Notes: generated by a model not told the origin, from the sequence alone. A stretch of DNA of 64,000 nt from an uncultured Oscillospiraceae bacterium (GCA_964430345.1 CAYSFK010000001.1:7-64006); one strand, 5' to 3'; shown: positions 33,715-42,689, numbered from the stretch's first letter. Numbers and translations are program-made.

Positions 33715-36428
33715 TATTTGCCCTTGCTGCGCAGTATCTTTATCTCGCGCTTCATCGTGTAGGGGAGTATAGCCTTCAGTTTATCCTCGGCCTTGTACAT
33801 CACCGAAGCCTCCGGCAGATCGCGGCTGAGATGGATGGCGTCAAACTCGCAGCGGGTGGTGCACAGACCGCAGCCGATGCACTGGTTCTCGTCCACCTCT
33901 GTGGCGCCGCAGCCCAGGCAGCGGGAAGCCTCCTTTTTGACCTGTTCCTCGGTAAAGGGGAGACGGTCGTTGGCAAAGCTCTTGGCCTTGCTCTCGTCGT
34001 GGCCGACAGTCTGGCGCTTGGCATTGTCGAAGCCCAGAGGTATCACCGCGCTGCTCTTGTCAAGCTCGGTGAACTGACGGAGATTCCGCGCCAGAGTGAG
34101 GCTCTGCCCGTCATGGACAAAGCGGTGCAGGGACTCGGCGCCCTCGCGTCCGGCGGCAATGGCGTCTATGGCGAACTTGGGGCCTGAGGCGAAGTCGCCA
34201 CCGGCAAAGATATCGCTTCGCGCGGTCTGAGCGGTGACCGGGTCAACGATAACCGTACCGTTGGGATTGAAGGTCATCCCTGCGTCGGCAAGGCCGCCCA
34301 GCTCCACCTTCTGGCCCACGGCGCCGATAACGCTGTCAAGCTCGATAGTCTCGAATTTGCCTGTGCCTACGGGCTTGCGGCGGCCCTTGGCGTCGGCCTC
34401 GCCCAGCTCCATAAGCTCCACCTTTATTGCGGCCACCTTGCCGTCCTTGCCGATTATCTCCACGGGAGCGCAGAGGAACTTGAACTGAACGCCTTCGGCC
34501 ATGGCCTCTGCCAGCTCGTCCTTATCGGCGGGCATCTCGGCCTCGCTGCGGCGGTAAATTATATAGGTCTCCTTGGCACCCAGTCTCACAGCGGTGCGGC
34601 ACACGTCCATGGCCACATTGCCGCCGCCTATAACGGCGCACTTCTCGCCCAGCTCCGGCTTCTCGCCCAGATTCACACTGCGCAGGAAGTCAACACCGCC
34701 GTAAACGCCGGAGAGCTCCTCACCCGGAACGCCGATGGGCGCGGACTTCTGGGCGCCGATGGCCATATAGAAGCCCTTGTAGCCCTGAGCGCGCAGCTCG
34801 TCCAGAGTGACGTCCTTGCCCACCTCAACACCGCACTTGAATTCTACGCCCATTTGCTTGAGCACGTCTATCTCAGCATTGATGACGTCCCGCTCAAGAC
34901 GGAAGCTGGGGATGCCCATGGTGAGCATACCGCCGGGGGCGGGGTTACGGTCGAACACGGTGACCTTATAGAGCATATGCGCCAGGAAGTAGGCACAGCT
35001 CATGCCGGCGGGGCCGGCACCTATGACGGCTATCTTCTCCTCGTAGGGAGTGAGCGACATCTTTCTGGGCCTGGGGTCGGGAACATAGCGGCACTCGCTC
35101 TTGAGCTCCTGCTCAGCCACAAAGCGCTTTATCTCGTCTATAGCCACGGCCTTATCCACGCTGGCTCTGGTGCAGGCCTCCTCACAGCGGCGGTTGCAGA
35201 TGCTGCCGCAGACGGCGGGGAAGGGGTTATCCTGCTTTATGAGCTTAAGAGCATCAAGATAGCGGCCGTTGGCGGCCATGTTGATATAGCCCTGAACGGC
35301 AATATGGGCGGGGCAGGCCGTCTTGCAGGGAGAGGTGCCCGTATCGTAGCAGTTTATCATGTTGCTGTTGCGGTAATCCTCGTCCCACTTCTCCGGGCCC
35401 CACTTGGTGTCGTCCGGCAGCTCGTGCTTGGGATACTTGACGGGGCCGTTTACCGTACACAGCTTCTGGCCCAGCTTGGCGGCACCGGCGGGGCAGACCT
35501 CAACGCACTTGCCGCAGGCCACACACTTCTCCTTATCCACATGAGCCCTGTAGGCGCTGCGGGAGAGGTTGGGCGTATTGAACAGCTGGGAGGTACGCAG
35601 AGCGTAGCACACGCCGGGGGCGCAGTTGCAGATGGCGAAAATCTTATCCTCGCCGTCGATATTGGTTATCTGATGGACATAGCCCTCCTCCTCGGCGCGG
35701 CGAAGAATGTCCATGACCTCCTCATATGTACAGACGTGGCCGTCCTTGCCGGTCTCGACGCAGTACCTGGCACAGTCGCCCACAGCGATGCACCAAAGGT
35801 CCTCCACGTCGCCGGAGCCTTCGCCGCGTACGGATTGAGAGCGGCGGCAGGAGCAGGGGCCGACGCAGAAGTAATCATACTTCTTCAGCCAATGGGACAG
35901 ATGCTCAACGCTTACCGACTTGGACCCGGTGGGGATGGCATTCTCCACGGGGATAACGTGCATACCAATACCGGCGCCTCCGGGAGGCACCATGGGAGTG
36001 ACCACCTCCAGAGGAAGCCTGGCCATGGCGTTAAAGAAGTCACAGACCTCGGGGTGGGCCTTGACGAAATCGCCCCGCATATTCAAAAACTCGGCGGCAC
36101 CGGGCACGAACAGCGGCAGCAGATACTGCTTATGGTGGTCCTCGTTCTCCCAGTTGTATTCCAGCATACCCATGCAGCTCAGCTCAAAAAGCATTTTCTC
36201 CAGCTTTTCAAGATCGCTCCAGCCGGAGAGCTTGGATATCTCCTCCAGACTTACAGGCTTGCGCTGCGGCATACTGAGCAAAAGACTCACCATCTCGTCG
36301 TCCAGTATATTAGCCAGACCCCAGTATTCGGGGCAGTCCTCGTTGAGCTTTTGCAGCCCCAGCTTGTATGGGATGCGGTCAGTCATTTTTTTGCCCAACT
36401 TAAACAGATTTTCTTTGTTTGTTACCAT
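33714..36428 (-). CDS. Multi-domain FeS flavoprotein (copy 1): N-terminal Cys-rich module, 4Fe-4S motif, GltD-like NAD(P)H/FAD oxidoreductase, C-terminal ferredoxin
   Basis: About 904 aa from the ATG at 36428 (GGAGAGG upstream). Motifs: VGPCSCRRS...ICNCAPGVC; CVACGKCVEVCP; PCKTACPAHIAVQGYI...NPFPAVCGSICNRRCEEACTR; IAVIGAGPAGMSCAY; AVIGGGNVAMD; CLGCG...CIGCGLCTTRC. Confidence 0.75.
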   Translation of the reverse strand: MVTNKENLFKLGKKMTDRIPYKLGLQKLNEDCPEYWGLANILDDEMVSLLLSMPQRKPVSLEEISKLSGWSDLEKLEKMLFELSCMGMLEYNWENEDHHKQYLLPLFVPGAAEFLNMRGDFVKAHPEVCDFFNAMARLPLEVVTPMVPPGGAGIGMHVIPVENAIPTGSKSVSVEHLSHWLKKYDYFCVGPCSCRRSQSVRGEGSGDVEDLWCIAVGDCARYCVETGKDGHVCTYEEVMDILRRAEEEGYVHQITNIDGEDKIFAICNCAPGVCYALRTSQLFNTPNLSRSAYRAHVDKEKCVACGKCVEVCPAGAAKLGQKLCTVNGPVKYPKHELPDDTKWGPEKWDEDYRNSNMINCYDTGTSPCKTACPAHIAVQGYINMAANGRYLDALKLIKQDNPFPAVCGSICNRRCEEACTRASVDKAVAIDEIKRFVAEQELKSECRYVPDPRPRKMSLTPYEEKIAVIGAGPAGMSCAYFLAHMLYKVTVFDRNPAPGGMLTMGIPSFRLERDVINAEIDVLKQMGVEFKCGVEVGKDVTLDELRAQGYKGFYMAIGAQKSAPIGVPGEELSGVYGGVDFLRSVNLGEKPELGEKCAVIGGGNVAMDVCRTAVRLGAKETYIIYRRSEAEMPADKDELAEAMAEGVQFKFLCAPVEIIGKDGKVAAIKVELMELGEADAKGRRKPVGTGKFETIELDSVIGAVGQKVELGGLADAGMTFNPNGTVIVDPVTAQTARSDIFAGGDFASGPKFAIDAIAAGREGAESLHRFVHDGQSLTLARNLRQFTELDKSSAVIPLGFDNAKRQTVGHDESKAKSFANDRLPFTEEQVKKEASRCLGCGATEVDENQCIGCGLCTTRCEFDAIHLSRDLPEASVMYKAEDKLKAILPYTMKREIKILRSKGK

Positions 36429-36480
36429 TAATGCCTCTCCCTTCAAAATGTGTATAAAACCGAGTAGACCATGCGCTGTA

Positions 36481-36509
36481 ATAATATCACATATGCACAA
36501 TATTGTCAC
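36481..36509 (-). promoter_or_regulatory. Candidate sigma-A promoter for flavoprotein/HypA-like pair 1
   Basis: On the minus strand: GTGACA, 17 nt, TATTAT, about 52 nt upstream of the ATG. Confidence 0.45.
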
Positions 36510-36565
36510 GGTTTTTTATGCGCTGTTCGCGGGATTTACATCAAAAGGGAAAAGGCCGTCGGCTG

Positions 36566-36594
36566 TTGATTTTTGAAGGATTCTGTGGTATGCT
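36566..36594 (+). promoter_or_regulatory. Candidate promoter (extended -10) for the prepilin gene
   Basis: TTGATT, 17 nt, (TGg)TATGCT. Confidence 0.5.
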
Positions 36595-36645
36595 GTGAGC
36601 CAAAATAAAGGACAGACTGAGCGGTTGCTTTGAGAGGGTAATCAA

Positions 36646-37455
36646 ATGAGGATCAGACAGAGACAAGGGAACAGGGCGGGCTTTACTCTGGCGGAGCTGT
36701 TGGTAGTTGTGGCCATTATTGCAGTGCTTGTGGCCATCAGCATCCCGGTTTTCGGCAGCGCGCTGGAGCGGTCAAAGGCGGCAGCCTGTATGGCCAACCG
36801 ACGCTCGCTTTTATCAGAGCTTACGGTGGAGTATATGACGGAAGGGGAGGGCTTTGACCACCCAAATATTGAGCAGTATAAATGCCCGTCGGGAGGCGTG
36901 ATCACTTATTCGCGTAGGGACGGGAAATTTACTGTGCTTTGCTCGGTGCACACCGGCTGGAATAAGGATACCCTGCCCAACGCTTTCAAGGAGGTCTTTA
37001 ACGACTTCAGCGGTAAGAACATCGATTCCAACGCGATCCAGGGTGATGGGGACAACAAGGAGCTCTGGCTCAAGCAGGCAATGGATAAGCTTGAAAAGGC
37101 CGGGATAGACCTTTCGGCAGTGGGCGCGGAGACCTGGTCACTGAGAACGGATAACGAAAACAACCTGTATTTCAACTGGTCTACCGTGGATATCACAGGG
37201 CTCAATGACGGCGATATTGTACCGGTGATACGGTACAGGGATGATGGGAAGTACGCGGGACAGTACAGCGTCTGGGAGTATAAGGTGACTACCATCACCA
37301 GCAACGGCGCGACCTACAAGGTGCTGGGCAACCCGCTGAATAAGGAAGTAAGCGAAAAGCTCAGCATTGAGCAGAAGAAGGATATCAATGTGATCATTGA
37401 CACCTATAATAAATACGCGGAAGGCAAGGAAAACGTCCCGCTGCTGAAAAAATAA
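36646..37455 (+). CDS. Prepilin-type N-terminal cleavage/methylation domain protein (type IV pilin-like)
   Basis: 269 aa with the class III signal QGNRAG/FTLAELLVVVAIIAVLVAISIP (Glu at +5). RBS GAGAGGG. Confidence 0.7.
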   Translation: MRIRQRQGNRAGFTLAELLVVVAIIAVLVAISIPVFGSALERSKAAACMANRRSLLSELTVEYMTEGEGFDHPNIEQYKCPSGGVITYSRRDGKFTVLCSVHTGWNKDTLPNAFKEVFNDFSGKNIDSNAIQGDGDNKELWLKQAMDKLEKAGIDLSAVGAETWSLRTDNENNLYFNWSTVDITGLNDGDIVPVIRYRDDGKYAGQYSVWEYKVTTITSNGATYKVLGNPLNKEVSEKLSIEQKKDINVIIDTYNKYAEGKENVPLLKK

Positions 37456-37459
37456 AGAA

Positions 37460-37503
37460 ATACCGCGCCCAAACGCTGAAGCTTCGGGCGCGGTATCTTT
37501 TTG
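37460..37503 (+). terminator. Rho-independent terminator after the prepilin gene
   Basis: ATACCGCGCCC, 16-nt loop, GGGCGCGGTAT, then CTTTTTG. Confidence 0.65.
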
Positions 37504-37516
37504 CCGGTACAGCCTG

Positions 37517-38293
37517 TCATCCGGCGCACTGGCGTCCGGTGTTATCAATAAAAGTGGTGCCGGTAAGCAGTATCTGGGAGATGGGGATAATCTTATATCC
37601 GTCGGCCAGCAGTGATTCGATAATTCCCGGCAGAGCCTCCGGGGTGTTCTCCGCGGCGTTGTGGAACAGCACTATGCTGCCCGGCTCTACCTTCTCCAGC
37701 ACCCGGCGCTTTATGTCCAGAGCGGACAGCCCCTTCCAGTCCAGACTGTCCACGTCCCACTGGACGGCGGTCATGCCCATGCCGCTGACAGTGCTGATAA
37801 CATGGTCGTCATACTCGCCGTAGGGGCAGCGGAACAGCGTGGGCGTGACCCCGGTGACGGCAGCTATTTTTTCGTTGCAGGCGGTCACGTCCGCGATTAT
37901 CTCATCCTCGCTGAGCTTGGAGAAATGGGCGTGGTTCAGGGAGTGGTTCATTATCTCGCTGCCGCTGTCGGCCAGAGCCCTGACTGATTCCGGGTATTTA
38001 TCCACCCAGTCGCCCACCACGAAGAAGGTGGCATTTATCTTGTATTTGCCCAGTATGTCTATCAGTGCCTGAGTGTCCTCGTTGCCCCAGGCCGCGTCAA
38101 AGCTCAGGGAAACCACCTTGTCATCCCGCTCCACACAGTAGACTGGCAACTGCCGATCGGAGGCGGAGACGCCCACGATGGCGGGGCTGTTCACTGTCCA
38201 GAATATCAGCACCAGCGCCGCCGTCAGCGCGATGGCGGATACGGCGCCCTTATACCTGCCCATGGTCTTTTTGAAATCAGTCAAGCTCATCAC
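37517..38293 (-). CDS. Polysaccharide deacetylase (NodB homology domain)
   Basis: Signal anchor, then LSFDAAWGNEDT...ATFFVVGDW...NHSLNHAHF...LFHN. The exact start is uncertain (GTG/ATG/TTG cluster). Confidence 0.8.
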   Translation of the reverse strand: MMSLTDFKKTMGRYKGAVSAIALTAALVLIFWTVNSPAIVGVSASDRQLPVYCVERDDKVVSLSFDAAWGNEDTQALIDILGKYKINATFFVVGDWVDKYPESVRALADSGSEIMNHSLNHAHFSKLSEDEIIADVTACNEKIAAVTGVTPTLFRCPYGEYDDHVISTVSGMGMTAVQWDVDSLDWKGLSALDIKRRVLEKVEPGSIVLFHNAAENTPEALPGIIESLLADGYKIIPISQILLTGTTFIDNTGRQCAG

Positions 38294-38333
38294 TCCTTTT
38301 GGTTCATACTATGAGAAGCGACGGGCGAATATA

Positions 38334-38366
38334 ACGAAAACACAGGCGGCAGAGATGCCGCCTGTG
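38334..38366 (-). terminator. Rho-independent terminator ending the four-gene redox operon
   Basis: On the minus strand: CACAGGCGGCA-TCTC-TGCCGCCTGTG followed by TTTTCGTTAT. Confidence 0.6.
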
Positions 38367-38376
38367 CCTCATAATT

Positions 38377-38727
38377 CTACTGTTCCTCCGGGACGTGGAT
38401 CTCCTTAATGTTGAAGTCCTTGCCGGAAAGAACATCCTTGTCGAAGCTGCCGCAGTTGGGGCAGTAGCCCTTGTGCTCAACCACGTTGAATATCTCGTCG
38501 CAGTCGTTGCACTCGGCAAGGCCCGGGATTATCTCAATGATAAGCTTTGTGTCCTTCAGCTCCGTATCCATGACCACCGCCGGGTACACATCCTCTACAT
38601 ACTCCGGTATGACCAGAGACAGCTCGCCTATCTCGCAGACTATCTCGCTTATCCTCTGGACATTGTTCTCTCTGGCGTAGTCCAGAACGGTCTTGCACAT
38701 ACTTCTGACGATGCCAATTTCATGCAT
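38377..38727 (-). CDS. HypA/HybF-like metallochaperone-fold protein (copy 2)
   Basis: 116 aa with MHEIG, Zn-ribbon CNDC-x12-CPNC and C-terminal KDFNIKEIHV. It starts 6 nt after the stop of the upstream gene. Confidence 0.75.
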   Translation of the reverse strand: MHEIGIVRSMCKTVLDYARENNVQRISEIVCEIGELSLVIPEYVEDVYPAVVMDTELKDTKLIIEIIPGLAECNDCDEIFNVVEHKGYCPNCGSFDKDVLSGKDFNIKEIHVPEEQ

Positions 38728-38733
38728 AAGCGT

Positions 38734-41418
38734 TTATTTTCCGAACTTTATCTTCTTGGCGGCCAGCTTGCCCACGGCGGCGGGCGCGTTGCCGAAGATG
38801 TTCAGCAGAGCCTTGTAATAGCTGGGGCCCTTGTACTCGCTGACCTTCTCCAGATGTATGGCGTCGAACTTGCACTTAGTGGTGCATATGCCACAGCCGA
38901 TGCACATATACTCGTCCACCTGAACCGCGCCGCAGCCCAGGCAGCGCTCGGCCTCCTTCTTCATCTGCTCCTCGGTGAATACACCGCGAAGATCCTCAAA
39001 GGTCTTTTTGGCCTCGCTTGCCGAACCGGAGGCGGCCTTCTGCCGGGGAGCTGTGTCAAAGCAGTCAAGGGCGATGGCCACGTTCTCCGTATCCAGCGCC
39101 TTGTAGTCCCGCCTGTCGCGGCCAAAGTCCAGAGTCTGCCCGTCGTGCACAAAGCGGTGGATGGAGACAGCGCCCTCCTTGCCGGCCGCAATGGCGTCAA
39201 TGGCAAACTTGGGTCCCGTCACCGCGTCGCCGCCGGCGAACACGTCCTTTTCGCCGGTCTGCCAGGTGAAGGCGTCGGCTATGACCGTGCCCTTGTCGCT
39301 GAGCTTTACGCCGCCCAGGTCCAGGCTGCCCATGTCAACCTTCTGACCGATGGCGGATATGACCGATGTGAATTCCACCGTGTCAAATTCGCCGGTGCCT
39401 ACTGGCTTGCGGCGGCCCTTGGCGTCCGCCTCGCCCAGCTCCATGCGCTCCAGCTTAAGAGACTGCACCTTGCCCTCGCCCAGTATCTCCACGGGCGCGG
39501 CCAGATACATGAACTTGACGCCCTCTTCCTCGGCCTCGAGTATCTCATCGTCCGCAGCGGGCATTTCCTCTCTGGCGCGGCGGTACACGATGGTGACCTC
39601 CTTGGCCCCCAGTCTCACGGCTGTGCGGGCCACGTCTATGGCCACGTTGCCGCCGCCGATGACCGCCACCTTATCGCCCAGCTCTACCTGCTGGCCCAGA
39701 TTGACCTTGCGCAGGAACTCTATGCCGGTGAACACGCCGGGCAGCTCATCGCCCTTGCAGCCAACGGTGCCGCCCTTGGAGGCGCCGATGCCAAGATAGA
39801 AAGCCTTGTAGCCGTCGGCGCGCAGCTGGGCCAGAGTGACGTCTTTGCCCACCTCTACGCCGGTCCTGAACTCTACGCCCAGACCCTTGAGTATGTCTAT
39901 CTCGGCGTTTATGACCTCACGGCCAAGACGGAAGCTGGGTATGCCCATGGTGAGCATACCGCCCAGAAGCTGTTCCTTCTCAAACACGGTCACGGGATAG
40001 CCCTTAACCGCCAGATAGTAGGCACAGCTAAGCCCCGCGGGGCCGGCGCCGATGACCGCTATCTTTTCCTCGTAGGGCTTGCCCAACTGGTTGAGCATCT
40101 TGGGTACAAAGCGGGTCTCCGCATCAAGGTCCTTCTCGGCGATGAACTTCTTGATATCGTCGATGGCGATGGGGGAGTCTATGCGGCCGCGGGTGCAGGC
40201 GTCCTCGCAGGCCTTGTTGCATATGCGCCCGCAGACGGCGGGGAAGGGGTTCTCTTTCTTGATGAGCTCCAGAGCCTCGGCGTATCTGCCCTCGGAGGCC
40301 AGCTTAATGTAGCCCTGTACGGGGATATGGGCGGGGCAGGCGCTCTTGCAGGGGGAGGTGCCGGTCTCCACCACGTTCTTGCGGGACACCCGGTAATCGG
40401 GGTTATAGGAGTCGGCGCTCCACATACTGCTTTTGGCCTTTTCGTTCTCGTCGGTCAGCTCAACCGGCTTCACTTCGCAGAGCTTCTGGCCCAGGCGAAG
40501 GGCGTTGGTCTGGCAGTTTTCCACGCACTGTCCGCAGGCAACGCACTTTTCCTTTTCTACAACGGCCTTGAAGTTGGAGCGCATACCGTCGGGCTTCTTA
40601 AAGTACTCGGCGATACGCAGGGAGAAGCAGGAGCAGCCGCAGCAGTTGCAGATGGCAGTGGCCTCCTCGAAGCCGGGGGCCTGATTTATCTCATGGACAA
40701 GGCCGTTGTCCTCAGCCCGCTTGAGTATCTCATAGGCCTCCTCCTTGGAGACCAGATGGTGCTCGCCGTACTTGGAGTAGTTGATGGCATTGTCGTTGAG
40801 ATACATACACATATCGTCTTCCAGATGCCCGCAGCCTTCGCCCATTATCCGGCGGGAACGGCGGCAGGAGCAGGGGCCGACGGAGATGGCCTTGGCATTC
40901 TCGATAAGTGTGCTTATCTCGTCATAGGAGGCTGTGCGGGAGTTGTTCTCGATGGCGCTCATGACGGGCATGACCCGCATAAAGGACATACCGCGGCCCA
41001 TCATGGGTGCCAGCACGGATATGCGCTTTCTGGTGTACTCCTCAAAGCACTGGGCCAGAATGGGGTACTTCTCGCACTGGGCCTTGTTGCTCAGCACACC
41101 TTCCATGACGCCGGGAACCCAGATGGGGTAGTAGTATCCGGTGCCCTTCTCAGTCTTGCGGACACGGGCAACGCCGCAGTCTATGAGCTTCTGGATCTGT
41201 CCGGCTATGTAGTCCGGGGCCTTTTTGCAGCGGGCTGCCAGCTCCTCCACCGTGCGGGGTGTCTCCAGCTTCATGTGCATCATCACATCGCACATTTCGT
41301 CGTCAATGATGGGCTCCAGTATTTTGTACTCGCTGTCGTTGTAGGTCACGCCGGTATAGGTCATGCCCTCCAGACTGATCTTGCTCGCAAGCGCGAGAAT
41401 ATTTGGTCTGTTTGCCAT
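38734..41418 (-). CDS. Multi-domain FeS flavoprotein (copy 2), paralog of 33714..36428
   Basis: 894 aa with VGPCSCRRS...ICNCCGCSC; CVACGQCVENC; PCKSACPAHIPVQGYI...NPFPAVCGRICNKACEDACTR; IAVIGAGPAGLSCAY; AVIGGGNVAID; CLGCG...CIGCGICTTKC. RBS GAGGTGAAATT. Confidence 0.75.
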   Translation of the reverse strand: MANRPNILALASKISLEGMTYTGVTYNDSEYKILEPIIDDEMCDVMMHMKLETPRTVEELAARCKKAPDYIAGQIQKLIDCGVARVRKTEKGTGYYYPIWVPGVMEGVLSNKAQCEKYPILAQCFEEYTRKRISVLAPMMGRGMSFMRVMPVMSAIENNSRTASYDEISTLIENAKAISVGPCSCRRSRRIMGEGCGHLEDDMCMYLNDNAINYSKYGEHHLVSKEEAYEILKRAEDNGLVHEINQAPGFEEATAICNCCGCSCFSLRIAEYFKKPDGMRSNFKAVVEKEKCVACGQCVENCQTNALRLGQKLCEVKPVELTDENEKAKSSMWSADSYNPDYRVSRKNVVETGTSPCKSACPAHIPVQGYIKLASEGRYAEALELIKKENPFPAVCGRICNKACEDACTRGRIDSPIAIDDIKKFIAEKDLDAETRFVPKMLNQLGKPYEEKIAVIGAGPAGLSCAYYLAVKGYPVTVFEKEQLLGGMLTMGIPSFRLGREVINAEIDILKGLGVEFRTGVEVGKDVTLAQLRADGYKAFYLGIGASKGGTVGCKGDELPGVFTGIEFLRKVNLGQQVELGDKVAVIGGGNVAIDVARTAVRLGAKEVTIVYRRAREEMPAADDEILEAEEEGVKFMYLAAPVEILGEGKVQSLKLERMELGEADAKGRRKPVGTGEFDTVEFTSVISAIGQKVDMGSLDLGGVKLSDKGTVIADAFTWQTGEKDVFAGGDAVTGPKFAIDAIAAGKEGAVSIHRFVHDGQTLDFGRDRRDYKALDTENVAIALDCFDTAPRQKAASGSASEAKKTFEDLRGVFTEEQMKKEAERCLGCGAVQVDEYMCIGCGICTTKCKFDAIHLEKVSEYKGPSYYKALLNIFGNAPAAVGKLAAKKIKFGK

Positions 41419-41471
41419 AATTTCACCTCATTGTTATTTATCGGGGAGCCGGGAGGCATCCCCGACCCGCC

Positions 41472-42689
41472 CTATTTTACAGGGTATACGCAAAGCTCGA
41501 TGTCGCTGAGGGGATAGGAACAGCAGGGGTGTACCCAGCCGAATTTCTTATCCGCCAGCCTGCGCCCGTCCGCGTCCGGCGGGCAATAGTACTCGCCCAT
41601 AACAAGCTTCGAGTGGCACCAGCCGCACTCGCCGCTGCGGCAGTGGGAGGGGGCCGCTATACCGGCGCGCTCCATTGCCCAGAGCAGCGTTTCGCCGGCC
41701 TCGCAGGGTACGGTCTGCTTCTTGCCGCGGATGTCCACGGTAAGCTTGAATTCGCCGCTTTTCTTGTCCGCGGGGTAGTCGGCGTTGTTGACGGCGCCCA
41801 TGTAGTCGCCGGACATCTCCGCCCGGTAACGGCGCTTGGGAAGGCCAAGCTTCTGGCACTCCGGGATGCAGAAGTCGTACATGGCCTTGGGGCCGCACAT
41901 GAACACCGAGAAGTCGCCTTCGGGAGCGTACTTTTTGATAAGCTCCCCGTTGATGAAGCCGTGCTCATAGCCCGCCTTCTCCTCGTGGGACAGCACGTGT
42001 ACCACCTTCACACGGCCGTTGGACTCCGCTGCCAGCGCTTCTATCTCATCCTTGAGCAGGATGCCGTCAGAGCTGCGGCTGCCGTAGAGGATGGTCATGT
42101 CGAAGTCCTCTATGCCGGAGACTATGGCGGCGGCCATAGAGTAGAAGGGAGTGATGCCGCTGCCGCCGGCGACGGCAACGATGTGCTTCGCGTCACGCAG
42201 CGCCTGATAGTAAAAGTCCCCCAGAGGGCCGCTGAGCTCTACGCTGTCGCCTTCCTTCCAGGTGTCCAGAATGAACCGGGAGGCATAGGCCGGGTCTGTG
42301 AGCTTGACGGTGAGTATGTAGCTGCTGCCCTCGCCCAAAGCGTCCTTGGGGTTTGAGCGGATGGTGTAGGGCTTATTCACCAGAGCACCGCTGATGTTCA
42401 GCGCAACGCTCACATACTGGCTGGCGCGGAAATAAGCCAGCTTCTCCGTGCCTTTGGACTTGTCCGCTGTCAGGGTAAAGCTCTTGGCTCCGCCGTGGTC
42501 CTCCACCTTAGCTATCTTAGTATATTGTACCCCAGGATGCAGTGTCTTGGCAAGGACATTTTCATTATATACAGAAACAGGCAAATCCGTAGGTGCCGCC
42601 TCTATCATCTTGGTACGAAGCTTGGTTTCGCCCAGGAACGCGCCTACGCCCAGACCCTTGAGGGCGCTCTTATCGTAGTTGTATTTCAT
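41472..42689 (-). CDS. FNR-family flavin reductase with C-terminal plant-type 2Fe-2S ferredoxin domain (Hcr / phthalate-dioxygenase-reductase-like)
   Basis: 405 aa with the FAD-binding motif RASQYVS-type (RxYS/T), the NAD-binding GGSGITP, and C-terminal HCRSGECGWCHSKL...HPCCSYP. Confidence 0.75.
   Translation of the reverse strand: MKYNYDKSALKGLGVGAFLGETKLRTKMIEAAPTDLPVSVYNENVLAKTLHPGVQYTKIAKVEDHGGAKSFTLTADKSKGTEKLAYFRASQYVSVALNISGALVNKPYTIRSNPKDALGEGSSYILTVKLTDPAYASRFILDTWKEGDSVELSGPLGDFYYQALRDAKHIVAVAGGSGITPFYSMAAAIVSGIEDFDMTILYGSRSSDGILLKDEIEALAAESNGRVKVVHVLSHEEKAGYEHGFINGELIKKYAPEGDFSVFMCGPKAMYDFCIPECQKLGLPKRRYRAEMSGDYMGAVNNADYPADKKSGEFKLTVDIRGKKQTVPCEAGETLLWAMERAGIAAPSHCRSGECGWCHSKLVMGEYYCPPDADGRRLADKKFGWVHPCCSYPLSDIELCVYPVK

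Noticed and set aside
34854-36431. 525-aa plus-strand ORF opposite flavoprotein copy 1.
   Set aside because: Same reasoning: it is the antisense shadow of a well-supported gene, with no motifs and biased composition.
38395-41517. 1040-aa plus-strand ORF, the longest ORF in the track.
   Set aside because: It lies exactly antisense to the 894-aa FeS flavoprotein gene, which has many family-specific motifs. Its translation is low-complexity (Ala/Gly/Leu/Val/His-rich) with no recognisable motif. This is a typical shadow ORF in GC-rich DNA.
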